A DNA stretch of 62,557 nucleotides from an uncultured bacterium (lineage in GTDB: Bacteria; Chlamydiota; Chlamydiia; Chlamydiales; SM23-39), in NCBI GenBank assembly GCA_965370365.1, contig CBDUSP010000001.1, positions 1-62,557 of the forward strand, written 5' to 3'. The notes under the pieces are model-generated. The model had not been told where the DNA came from and made no database searches. It was given only the letters and a program-made list of their open reading frames with translations. This document shows positions 1 to 8,426 of this stretch, piece by piece. A program made the translations under genes and the position numbers. Position 1 is the stretch's first letter. Each line of letters opens with the position of its first letter.

Positions 1-85
1 AATGAAATGTTGTAGTTATAATCAGTGGAAAGTCATTTATTGATAATGACAATTGCTTACAAAACCGAAACAAAGGAATGTTTTT

Positions 86-565
86 ATGTCAGTAGGAGCT
101 TTAAGTGAATTCGAAGGCAATCAATGCCTATTAACGGTCTCTCCAGATCAAAACCAAGAAACCAACAATCGAGGCCAAATAGTCGCCTATTCAAATCAAA
201 ACCAAGAAACCAACAATCAAGGCCAACTAGTCGTTTCTTCAAATCAAACCCGAGCAGTCGTTTCTTTAAACCAACGCCAAGAAATCAATGATCGGCTTCG
301 ACAGGAAGGAGCAAACCAAGTAAAGAGTGATGGCTTGAGCACTGCAAGAAAGTATGCGACAATGGGGGGTGTAGTTGGTCTTGTCGGTCTTATTTTTTCT
401 AGCAGAGGGCCGTGCCGTGTAGAGTTCAGCTCCGAGGATATAGTCGTAGCGGTAGGTGGATCAGCTCTTGTTTCTGCTGTTATTGGATATGTGAAAGGGA
501 GTTTGTTCTCTCAAGGGACAGTTCCTCATGTAACGGGGACTATTCTCCATGGAGATGAGGTTTAA
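86..565 (+). CDS. hypothetical membrane protein with Q/N-rich tandem repeats and paired C-terminal hydrophobic segments (Inc-like topology)
   Basis: ATG at 86; the frame is also open from TTG at 53. Repeats NQNQETNN(R/Q)GQ(I/L)V..S occur twice plus degenerate copies. The C-terminus has ATMGGVVGLVGLIFSS, a 13-aa loop, then VVAVGGSALVSAVIGYV. Confidence 0.5.
   Translation: MSVGALSEFEGNQCLLTVSPDQNQETNNRGQIVAYSNQNQETNNQGQLVVSSNQTRAVVSLNQRQEINDRLRQEGANQVKSDGLSTARKYATMGGVVGLVGLIFSSRGPCRVEFSSEDIVVAVGGSALVSAVIGYVKGSLFSQGTVPHVTGTILHGDEV
149..271 (+). repeat. 48-nt in-frame tandem repeat (2 full units plus a degenerate partial unit) inside the CDS 86..565
   Basis: Units 149..196 and 197..244 are near identical (caaaaccaagaaaccaacaatc[g/a]aggccaa...tcaaat), followed by a diverged partial unit. 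Confidence 0.8.
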
Positions 566-763
566 GTTTAGTATATGCAACGATCTGAGATTGTTGCATA
601 CATTTGCAATTGTAGAGTAAATGTTCCCTTTATAAATGAGGGAACAGGGTTCTCAAAACTTCAAGACAACTTGGTTTTGCAGATGCTTGGGCTAAGACAC
701 AATCAGAACTAATTTCTTGGACTCCAAATCAAGGATAATATAACATATTGTGCATTCTTATGC

Positions 764-837
764 GGGGTGTTAGCTCAGTTGGTTAGAGCGCTACGTTGAC
801 ATCGTAGAGGTCAGCTGTTCGAGTCAGCTACATCCCA
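764..837 (+). tRNA. tRNA-Val (anticodon GAC)
   Basis: Cloverleaf read by eye. Acceptor ggggtgt/acatccc with one G-T pair. D arm tagctcagttggttagagc. Anticodon stem ctacg/cgtag with loop ttGACat. T arm agctg-ttcgagt-cagct. Discriminator a; CCA not encoded. Confidence 0.9.
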
Positions 838-842
838 TTTTT

Positions 843-1940
843 ATGATTTTAGAAAAGATTCGTTATACCGCAGCTGAGGTCTTGGCTGCAGCTGTCTATG
901 AAATGTTTCCTGGGGTTAAGCTCCTTGAGGGCTCCGTTTCACCTTCAGGTTTTTATTACGATTTTCACTTTCCACACCCCATTCATCCCGAGCTCCACAC
1001 CCAGATTGAAGAAAGAATGCGGCAAATCATCCGTGAGAAAAGAGAGATTCAAGCGATCGAAATGGTCGCCATGAGTGCAAAGGGATTTTTGAAAAGCAAG
1101 GGCCATGCAAACAAAGCCTCTTTGGTTGATGGTCCTGGACTATTTTCCCTTGTGCAAATTGGAGGTTTTGCCGATCTAGCCTCTGGATCGTACTTAGAAA
1201 ATACGGAAGAGCTCGAACATTTTAAGCTTTTCCCGCCCACCTCTCTTGGGGCAAGAGAAATGCGCATTTTGGGAACGGCCTTTGCAACGAAAAACGAACT
1301 CAAAGAATTCGTTAAAAGATGGAATACATACCCAAAAAAACGGCACGAAAGAAGCGGAGAAATCAAACATTTTTGGAAGTTTTTTGAAGAAGGCGTTGTT
1401 TGGCTTCCAGAGGGAATTAAGGAACTCGACAAGCTCTCTTCGATATTTAAAGAAAATCTTTTGCCATCTGCAACAGAGATCATCTCTCCTGTCGGCGCAA
1501 AAATGCACAAAAAACTCTTGTCTGAATTGGGTGTTGAGGCCGTTTGTGAAATGTTTTCAGAAAGCACCTCTCAGACGAGAGTTGAGGATGTTGGACTTCT
1601 TGATTGCCCGAACAAAAAAACGCTTCAAGTAACTACTTTTTTGAAAAATGCAATTTCCTCCTTGCAATCCATCGAGAAAACGCTTAACATTCTGGGCTGT
1701 GATTTCTTACCGAAGCTTTCATGTTCGAAACGAGGTGGAGGGGTTTTGGAAAAAGCCCTTAAGGAATTGGGTTGGTCCTATGAGATCTCTGAGGAGATTA
1801 AGACGTTACCGCAGCTGGATTTTCTAGTTGCCGACGGGCTGGGAAGGAAGTGGAGTGCAGTTTGTGCGTCGGCAGGAGAGCATTTGTCTGTACAGGTTGT
1901 TATTGAAAGAAACCTGGCGCTTTTGTTATACAGGGTGTGA
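843..1940 (+). CDS. degenerate threonyl-tRNA synthetase-like protein (editing-domain-like N-terminus, collapsed catalytic core, no anticodon-binding domain)
   Basis: YTAAEVLAAAVYEMFPGVKLLEGSVSPSGFYYDF aligns by eye to the ThrRS N2/SAD region HSCAHLLGHAIKQLWP..GPVIDNGFYYD, but the His residues are replaced. GVVWLPEG resembles GMVFWHNDG. The protein is 365 aa versus ~640 aa for ThrRS, in the classical thrS position upstream of infC. Confidence 0.6.
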   Translation: MILEKIRYTAAEVLAAAVYEMFPGVKLLEGSVSPSGFYYDFHFPHPIHPELHTQIEERMRQIIREKREIQAIEMVAMSAKGFLKSKGHANKASLVDGPGLFSLVQIGGFADLASGSYLENTEELEHFKLFPPTSLGAREMRILGTAFATKNELKEFVKRWNTYPKKRHERSGEIKHFWKFFEEGVVWLPEGIKELDKLSSIFKENLLPSATEIISPVGAKMHKKLLSELGVEAVCEMFSESTSQTRVEDVGLLDCPNKKTLQVTTFLKNAISSLQSIEKTLNILGCDFLPKLSCSKRGGGVLEKALKELGWSYEISEEIKTLPQLDFLVADGLGRKWSAVCASAGEHLSVQVVIERNLALLLYRV

Positions 1941-1963
1941 CGAATTAAATAGGATGAGCGAAT

Positions 1964-2437
1964 TTGAGAATTAATAGAGAGATTCGAGCTGAGAAGGTGA
2001 GGGTCATTTCCGAGACAGGCGAGCAGTTGGGAATCATGACTTCCCGCGATGCTCTTGCAAGGGCGCAAGAATTTGGCCTCGATTTAGTTGAAGTTTCATC
2101 CGCGGCAAACCCGCCCGTTGTGAAAATTGTTGATTACGGAAAACTTCGCTACGATAAGCAAAAGAAAGAGAAGGACAGTAAAAAAGCTCAAGTTATCGTT
2201 AAACTTAAGGAAGTGAAGTTAAAGCCAAATATCGATGATCACGATTTTCAAACGAAATTGAAGCGAGCTCGGGAGTTTCTCCTTAAGGGGAATAAGGTTC
2301 GTTTGAGTATTATGTTCAGAGGTCGAGAGATGTTGCACACCGATCTTGGTCGAAAAGTTGTCGATAGGTTCTGTGAGGATTTGTCAGATATTGCAGTGCG
2401 TGAAACGATTCCTAAGATGATGGGAAGGACAATGTAA
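1964..2437 (+). CDS. infC: translation initiation factor IF-3
   Basis: RINREIRAEKVRVISETGEQLGIM...LDLVEVS..ANPPVVKIVDYGKLRY is canonical IF-3. TTG start at 1964 with AGGA 9 nt upstream. The frame is closed by TGA at 1955, so no longer N-terminus is possible. See the finding on the C-terminal TAA. Confidence 0.9.
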   Translation: MRINREIRAEKVRVISETGEQLGIMTSRDALARAQEFGLDLVEVSSAANPPVVKIVDYGKLRYDKQKKEKDSKKAQVIVKLKEVKLKPNIDDHDFQTKLKRAREFLLKGNKVRLSIMFRGREMLHTDLGRKVVDRFCEDLSDIAVRETIPKMMGRTM

Positions 2438-2509
2438 ACGGTGCTCTCACCCTCTCAGAAAAAGACAAAATCAGTAAGTTCGGCTTGAACGAGCCAATAA
2501 GGAGAAAAA

Positions 2510-2704
2510 ATGCCTAAGATGAAGACCCGCAAAGCGGTCAAATCAAGATTTAAGGTGACAGGAACGGGGAAACTGAAAAGAACCCGTCCAGGACGCCGCC
2601 ACATTTTAACGAAGAAAAGTGCAGGCCGAAAGCGCAAGCTTGCGAGTCCCGCGCTTGTTGACAAGAGTCAGGTTAAAATGTACAAGATTATGATGGGAGT
2701 ATAG
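2510..2704 (+). CDS. rpmI: 50S ribosomal protein L35
   Basis: MPKMKTRKAVKSRFKVTGTGKLKRTRPGRRHIL; AAGGAG Shine-Dalgarno upstream; infC-rpmI-rplT order. Confidence 0.95.
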   Translation: MPKMKTRKAVKSRFKVTGTGKLKRTRPGRRHILTKKSAGRKRKLASPALVDKSQVKMYKIMMGV

Positions 2705-2708
2705 GGTT

Positions 2709-3083
2709 ATGGTAAGGATTACCAATTCAGTAGCAGCTCGCAAGAGAACGAAGAAGTTGCTCAAGCGTTGCAAGGGCTTTTATGGGGATCGAAAGAACCA
2801 CGTTAAGCTCAGCAAAGACGCTTTAATGTCAGCACTTGCGTTCAACTACAAGCACAGAAAGTTACGCAAACGTGAGTTTAAAAATCTTTGGGTGACGCGT
2901 ATTGGAGCTGCCTCTAAAGCCAACGGAATTTCGTACAGCAAGCTCATCCACGGTCTTAAGCTGATGGAATGTGAGATCAACCGTAAATGGCTTTCAGAAA
3001 TTGCCATCCACGACGCACCTGCGTTTGCTTTAGTGGTCGAGAAGGCAAAAGCTCGCTTGGCGGCCGCACAAGCTGCTGCATAA
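2709..3083 (+). CDS. rplT: 50S ribosomal protein L20
   Basis: Basic N-terminus ARKRTKKLLKRCKGFYGDRKN and NRKWLSEIA match the L20 pattern. Starts 4 nt after the rpmI stop. Confidence 0.95.
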   Translation: MVRITNSVAARKRTKKLLKRCKGFYGDRKNHVKLSKDALMSALAFNYKHRKLRKREFKNLWVTRIGAASKANGISYSKLIHGLKLMECEINRKWLSEIAIHDAPAFALVVEKAKARLAAAQAAA

Positions 3084-3130
3084 AACTTGGGGCACTTAGT
3101 GTGCCCCAGAGTCATAACGGAGACCTTTTC

Positions 3131-4159
3131 GTGTCTATCCAAGATAAAATTGCTACCCTTCGCTCTTCTTTTACCCAAGAATTAACCGACTCTTCCTCCG
3201 TTAAAGATCTTGATTCCTTAAAAATCAAATACTTAGGGAAAAAGGGGTCTGTTCAAGCTCTGATGGTGGAGCTTAAAAACGCCTCTAGTGATGAGCGGCC
3301 GCACTTGGGAAAACTCGTGAATGATTTGAAAGTTGAGCTTGTTTCTCACTATGAAAATAGTCTTAAGCGTCTCCATAAAGAAGAGTTAGATAAGAGACTT
3401 GAAAAAGAAGCAATTGATCCAACCCTTCCAGGAAGACGGTCTTTTTTAGGAAAAGCGCATCCAATCCATCAGATGATGGATAAAGTGATTGATATCCTCG
3501 TTGGGATGGGGTTTTCCGTACAATACGGCCCAGATGTGGATACCGAGTATTACAACTTTGAGGGGTTGAACTTTCCGCCGGATCATCCTGCAAGGGATAT
3601 GCAAGACACCTTTTATCTTGAAGAAGATTTTCTCCTCCGTACACATACGAGCAATGTCCAAGTCCATACCATGGAAAAGCACGAGCCTCCGATTCGCGTC
3701 ATTGCTCCGGGAAGATGTTTTCGCAATGAGGATATTTCAGCCCGTTCCCATGTCTTCTTCCATCAAATCGAGGGCTTTTATATCGACGAAAAGGTGACCT
3801 TTGCAGACCTTCTTTCTACAATGGAGGAATTCTTAAGCAAACTCCTTGGCGAAAAAGCAAAAACTCGATTTAGACCGAGTTTCTTCCCCTTTGTTGAGCC
3901 GGGGGTGGAAGTGGATGTTCATTGCACCTCTTGTAGAGGATCGGGCTGTAGGCTTTGTAAGCACACTGGATGGCTTGAAGTCTTGGGGGCTGGCATGATT
4001 CATCCAAATGTCCTAAAGAAAGGGAAAATTGACCCGGAGAAGCACTCAGGATTTGCTTGGGGGATGGGGATTGAGCGTCTTGTTATCTTGCAATCAGGAA
4101 TTCCTGATATTCGTCTATTTACTCAAAACGACATGCGTTTTGTCTCGCAATTTTCTTGA
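3131..4159 (+). CDS. pheS: phenylalanine--tRNA ligase alpha subunit
   Basis: Class II motifs FRNEDISARSHVFFHQIEG and GFAWGMGIERL. GTG at 3131 is preceded by GGAG and gives the normal ~342 aa. The track start at 2987 overlaps rplT. Confidence 0.9.
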   Translation: MSIQDKIATLRSSFTQELTDSSSVKDLDSLKIKYLGKKGSVQALMVELKNASSDERPHLGKLVNDLKVELVSHYENSLKRLHKEELDKRLEKEAIDPTLPGRRSFLGKAHPIHQMMDKVIDILVGMGFSVQYGPDVDTEYYNFEGLNFPPDHPARDMQDTFYLEEDFLLRTHTSNVQVHTMEKHEPPIRVIAPGRCFRNEDISARSHVFFHQIEGFYIDEKVTFADLLSTMEEFLSKLLGEKAKTRFRPSFFPFVEPGVEVDVHCTSCRGSGCRLCKHTGWLEVLGAGMIHPNVLKKGKIDPEKHSGFAWGMGIERLVILQSGIPDIRLFTQNDMRFVSQFS

Positions 4160-4200
4160 GATTTAAAGGGGACAAACGTTAGTATTTCGATATCTTTTTT

Positions 4201-4287
4201 GGAAGAGTGGCAGAGTGGCCGATTGCGTCTGTCTTGAAAACAGAAGTCCTTTCACGGGGACCGTGGGTTCGAATCCTACCTCTTCCG
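4201..4287 (+). tRNA. tRNA-Ser (anticodon UGA)
   Basis: Acceptor ggaagag/ctcttcc. Anticodon stem tctgt/acaga with loop ctTGAaa. Long variable arm. T arm gtggg-ttcgaat-cctac. Discriminator g. Confidence 0.9.
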
Positions 4288-4303
4288 AACTTAAATAAAC
4301 GAA

Positions 4304-4453
4304 TTAATTTTTTTTCTTTACAGGCTTCTTTTTGCTCTTTCTTGACTCCTCGAGTGCAATAGCAACAGCTTGTTTCTGCGGATGTCCCGCAGCGATCAAC
4401 TCCCGAATGTTGTCGCTAATTACTTCCTTAGAGCTTCCTTTTTTCAATGGCAT
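4304..4453 (-). CDS. small basic hypothetical protein (49 aa), absent from the ORF track
   Basis: Hand translation of the minus strand gives [49 protein letters not shown] followed by a stop. The MP.KKGSSK...I..NI.EL...[11 protein letters not shown] pattern recalls a widespread small phage/bacterial protein family. Confidence 0.45.
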   Translation of the reverse strand: MPLKKGSSKEVISDNIRELIAAGHPQKQAVAIALEESRKSKKKPVKKKN

Positions 4454-4478
4454 ATACACTCCTGTTTCTTTAAATGGT

Positions 4479-4795
4479 TCAAAACAGCTTCATCAACAAA
4501 TCCTTAATAGAATTGATGACGATTTGACCTACAGTAATCGTTTCGTTTAGGGGAATAACGGCTGGAGAAGTAGTCCCGCTAATTTGCGCCGCAGCTTCCA
4601 CCTCATTGGGAAAAGAAAAAGGAAAGGTCGATATCCAGTTATTGATGACATTCCAATCACCACTACCGGGTAACACCCAGCTAAAGCTTTCATCAGCGAG
4701 TGTGTGAGAAGCGGGAGTTGCAATAAGAGCTATAGAAGAGAGAAAGGTAGAGAAACGCTTGATGGAGAAGCCTCTTTTTGGAGAATGTTTGACAT
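4479..4795 (-). pseudogene. frameshifted small secreted protein (signal peptide separated from its ATG by a 1-nt shift in a homopolymer)
   Basis: The frame of the 65-aa ORF extends upstream as KRGFSIKRFSTFLSSIALIATPASHTLADESFSW, which is signal-peptide-like, with no canonical start. ATG at 4795 lies in another frame. One extra base in the T5/A5 run at 4775..4779 would join them. Confidence 0.3.
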
Positions 4796-4820
4796 TTCCA
4801 AAGTGGTCTTCAATTTGTTT

Positions 4821-5909
4821 TTAGTCAATCGTAAATCCAGCGTCAAAGAGGGCCTGTTCCGCTTTTCTGCTAAATCTTCCAACTTCTTTTAAGCGTTTAA
4901 TTGCTCCAGATTTTACAAAAAAGGACATCATTTCAGGGGGAGCTCTCCCTAAGTCGATTAAACGCTCAGCTAAAAGTTCATGTCCATTCACATTGGCATA
5001 CAGCCTTTTTCCTCCCGTTTTCTCAATAAAATCGGGGAGGGGGTCTAAGAGATCATTTGATCGGGGTTGAGCAAAGAATACCGTGGAGTAGCGATCTTTC
5101 CCGTGACCTGGGTCGACCACTCTATGAACGACGCTTTTGAAATAACCGTTGGTAAGGTTTTCGAGCATATCTCCACAATTAATAATAAATGCGTTATCGG
5201 GAACGATAACATTAACCCAAGTCCCTTCTTTACTGAGAACTTGGAGCCCTTTTGTAGTCGATTTTGGTAAAATCGTGAAAAGGTTGATGTCTGTATGTGC
5301 CCCCGCCCAAATGGCATCGATAGGAGGGTTAGCCGGGTAGTGAATAGCTCTTAAGATGCAGTCTCCTTCACGAACCATTTTATTTAAAAACTTAGGTTCC
5401 TGTCCTAATACAACACTTAAAACTTCAGCAATAGCTTCTTTACACTGATCCATTGTGCGGTAGAGCTGCTTCATCGCCGGTTGAAACTGCTTTAGTTGCT
5501 TAGGCCAAAGATTTTCTGCATATCGAAGTCGCCTGGGATCGCTCAAAGAAAAATCCCTTCCTATGTGAAAGAACTCTTTGTAGTCGATACGCGCTTCTTG
5601 TTTAGCCGACTCTTTAGAAGAATACCCGCGTTGTCCATCAGGGGATTTTAATCTGCTTTTAGTCTCAAGATCTTGATCAAAGAAGGTTTTCATTTGGAAA
5701 TAGGCTGCATCGAGAAGAACTGGATCTACGCCTGTTCCTGTGAGGGCGAAAAAACCACTATCTCTAACTGCATATTCCAAATCGCTTAAAAAAACATCAC
5801 GGCGTGTCTCATCAAAATAATCTGGCAAATGCAAAACGGGGATTGTCGAATCAAATGCACAAAGAGGGGAGAAATGGCAGAAGACAAGGGTAAGGAAAAT
5901 AGCTCTCAT
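4821..5909 (-). CDS. 2-oxoglutarate/Fe(II)-dependent oxygenase (isopenicillin-N-synthase-like) with N-terminal signal peptide
   Basis: HTD...H facial triad context (GAHTDINLFTIL ... KSVVHRVV). N-terminal DIOX_N-like region LSDLEYAVRDSGFFALTG. Hydrophobic leader MRAIFLTLVFCHFSPLCA. Confidence 0.8.
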   Translation of the reverse strand: MRAIFLTLVFCHFSPLCAFDSTIPVLHLPDYFDETRRDVFLSDLEYAVRDSGFFALTGTGVDPVLLDAAYFQMKTFFDQDLETKSRLKSPDGQRGYSSKESAKQEARIDYKEFFHIGRDFSLSDPRRLRYAENLWPKQLKQFQPAMKQLYRTMDQCKEAIAEVLSVVLGQEPKFLNKMVREGDCILRAIHYPANPPIDAIWAGAHTDINLFTILPKSTTKGLQVLSKEGTWVNVIVPDNAFIINCGDMLENLTNGYFKSVVHRVVDPGHGKDRYSTVFFAQPRSNDLLDPLPDFIEKTGGKRLYANVNGHELLAERLIDLGRAPPEMMSFFVKSGAIKRLKEVGRFSRKAEQALFDAGFTID

Positions 5910-6017
5910 GAAGGCTCCGAAGGGGATGGAAGGCGCATAATAAGAATCCCTCTATAATTTTGTCCAGAGTAAATGTTTGAGATTGCTTAAATTCTTAAAA
6001 TACTTTACAAAATACGC

Positions 6018-6683
6018 ATGCGTAGATCGCCACCTCTATTGAATTCTTCTGTCAAAATGATCATTTTTGATCATGATGATACGCTTGTTGGCACAATCCA
6101 ACCAAAATGGGCGCAGCACAAGTACATTGCAAAAGAGTTTTACTCGCGCACCGTTACCGATGAAGAGCTTCATACCCATTGGGGGAAACCCTTTACCGTT
6201 CTTCTTCGGCATTTATACAAAACAGACCATATCGATATGGCGATGTCATATAACATTGCCACACGGGAATTATTCCCAAAAAATCTGCTAAAGGGGACGA
6301 TAGATACGTTAAAAACCCTGAAAAAAGCAGGAAAAAAACTTGCGATTGTGACAGCAACAACAAAATCGAGCCTTATGAACGATTTTAAGACTCTTGGGAT
6401 TGATCAAAATCTATTCGACTATGTTCAAACGGAAGATGATACAATATTTCACAAGCCTGATCCGCGCGTTCTTGATCCAGTAAAAGACTGGATCAAAGAC
6501 AAGGGAATTGACTTTAGTGAAGTTCTCTGTGTGGGGGATCATTTTCACGATATGCAAACCGCGCAAGATGCGGGCTTTAAATTTATTGGAGTAGGGACAG
6601 GTTTGATCTCTCCCGAACAATTTAAAAAGCATGGCATTCCGGTAATTCGAGCTCTTCCTGAGCTTTTAAAAGTTCTAAAGTAA
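6018..6683 (+). CDS. HAD-superfamily hydrolase (phosphatase-like)
   Basis: Motif I FDHDDTLVGT, motif II VTATTK, motif IV VGDHFHDMQTAQDAG. An alternative ATG at 6057 (MIIFDHDDT) is equally plausible. Confidence 0.8.
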   Translation: MRRSPPLLNSSVKMIIFDHDDTLVGTIQPKWAQHKYIAKEFYSRTVTDEELHTHWGKPFTVLLRHLYKTDHIDMAMSYNIATRELFPKNLLKGTIDTLKTLKKAGKKLAIVTATTKSSLMNDFKTLGIDQNLFDYVQTEDDTIFHKPDPRVLDPVKDWIKDKGIDFSEVLCVGDHFHDMQTAQDAGFKFIGVGTGLISPEQFKKHGIPVIRALPELLKVLK

Positions 6684-6924
6684 CTCCATCTTCCTTTTCT
6701 AGCCCTCCTATAAGGAGACCTGGAAAACTACATAACATGTATTATCAGACGTTTAAAAATATGAATATAGAGACCTGAAAACCGAAGGGTGTTGTTTTTC
6801 AGAACTATTGGGGGTTATAACTACCTCGCCTTTAAAAAGATAATTAAAGAATCAGTTTTACTCTTGTATGTTTATTTCTATTTAATCTAAAATCTCCTCA
6901 CAAAAGCCGCCGGGGGTTAAATGT

Positions 6925-8262
6925 ATGCGACTAGGTAGATTAAGTAAGATTTTTTTTCAGAGTAGACTCTTCCAGAATATCCCCCCGGCAACCTCTTCAC
7001 GAACCCAGGCTAAAGTAGAAAAACAGGCAGAAAAAATAGAAAATAAGCTGTGCCAAGAAGGCGTTTCCTCGCAGCAGCGGATCACACAACGAACTACGCA
7101 AGGAGCTTTGTTAACGGGGGGTGCCGCGATGAAAGGATTGTTTGGGTCTCTCAGTTTACCTACGATTTTCTCGAGTTCAAAAGCAACCTCTTTAAGTTTG
7201 TCCATGGCAAATCCTATTTCTGTATCTGCTACAACAAAGGGTTTTTTTTCCGCCCAGAGTTTTGCATTAGGACTAATCCCCTCCCCTGCTTTTTTTCTCG
7301 GGGGTGCTGCCGGCTATTGGGCCTGGAAAAAGCTTTCCCAAAGCCCGGATCCCACAAAGCCCTCTACTGGAGATATGGCTCGGTTTTTACTTGGTTCCCA
7401 GGGGCAGTGTCAGGCAAAGAATTGGATAACGAATTCTGAGGCATTTCATAAACGATCATATTGGAGAGCGGGGGTCGCTTTTCTCGTTTTTATGACGGTA
7501 TGGAAGTTGTGCCAGAGAAAAACAGAGAATGCCGTTCCAATTGATGAAAAAGCTCTAGAAAAACTCCTAGACTTTGTCTCAAACTGCTCCGGAGAGACAT
7601 TAGATCAAGAAAAGGTATATTTCATCTCAAGAGATCAGACCCGGTATCTGAATATGGATGAAGACAATCAAACCAATGAACTTACTAAATACACTTTGGA
7701 GCTTTTTACTGGGAGTGAATTGAGATCCATGGCTGGAAAAGAGTCAATCAAGAATAACAAAACACTAGCTCGCTACAAGGAAGAAATCCAAAACCTAAAT
7801 AAAATGAAAGCTGAGGCAGTCGGGCGCATTGAAAATTGGCAGGTGAGTGCAAAAAAAACCCTTCTATTTTTTAAATTAGCTACAGCGTTTTTTTCCTATA
7901 GAAAAGAGTACGCAGAGTCCTTCTCTCGTAACTCTGTCAGTATCAAGGACGGATGGCTTGATATTGACAAGTGTGATCAGCCAGAAAGAATAAAAGTCTT
8001 TTTTTCTTACAAGGCTGATGATAAGGATGTTAAACATCAGATTTCTAAGATATCCATTGACTGGCCAGACTTGAAAGAATCTGGAAATGAAAACCCAGAA
8101 ACTTTTATTGCAATTCGAAGTCAGGTCATCCGATTTCTTGAAAGCCAATTCTCGAGGGAGGCATACCCCGCCAAGAAAATTAAAATTGGCTCATATGGAC
8201 CATATGCCTGCCTCCGTGTTTCCAAAGGCGAGTATCACCTATTCTCTCTAAAAGGCAGCTGA
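6925..8262 (+). CDS. hypothetical membrane-associated protein (445 aa)
   Basis: Long ORF with no recognisable catalytic motif. Hydrophobic segments ALGLIPSPAFFLGGAAGYWAW and AGVAFLVFMTVWKL. Confidence 0.5.
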   Translation: MRLGRLSKIFFQSRLFQNIPPATSSRTQAKVEKQAEKIENKLCQEGVSSQQRITQRTTQGALLTGGAAMKGLFGSLSLPTIFSSSKATSLSLSMANPISVSATTKGFFSAQSFALGLIPSPAFFLGGAAGYWAWKKLSQSPDPTKPSTGDMARFLLGSQGQCQAKNWITNSEAFHKRSYWRAGVAFLVFMTVWKLCQRKTENAVPIDEKALEKLLDFVSNCSGETLDQEKVYFISRDQTRYLNMDEDNQTNELTKYTLELFTGSELRSMAGKESIKNNKTLARYKEEIQNLNKMKAEAVGRIENWQVSAKKTLLFFKLATAFFSYRKEYAESFSRNSVSIKDGWLDIDKCDQPERIKVFFSYKADDKDVKHQISKISIDWPDLKESGNENPETFIAIRSQVIRFLESQFSREAYPAKKIKIGSYGPYACLRVSKGEYHLFSLKGS

Positions 8263-8426
8263 GACATCTCAGAATAAAGGAGAGAAACCTTCCTATATGA
8301 GATTGTTTTTTGTCCTTGCGAGCGATTCTCTAAGGGAGCACTAAACAACTCAGACGTTGTGAAAATTTGACTTCATTCAATCATAACGACCATAATTACC
8401 CCCTTGCCAACCCCTAGGAGTTTATT

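Noticed and set aside
1049-1632. Three ORFs (172, 104 and 128 aa) overlapping the ThrRS-like gene on the opposite strand or in another frame.
   Set aside because: They lie entirely inside a longer ORF that has recognisable homology. They are low-complexity and have no Shine-Dalgarno or motifs, so they are treated as shadow ORFs.
2987-3130. N-terminal extension of pheS from the track start at 2987.
   Set aside because: It overlaps the last 97 nt of rplT and has no PheS similarity. GTG at 3131 with GGAG upstream gives the normal length.
4332-4550. 72-aa plus-strand ORF downstream of tRNA-Ser.
   Set aside because: It is antisense to the better-supported 49-aa gene. The composition is Cys/Ser-rich and there is no ribosome-binding site.
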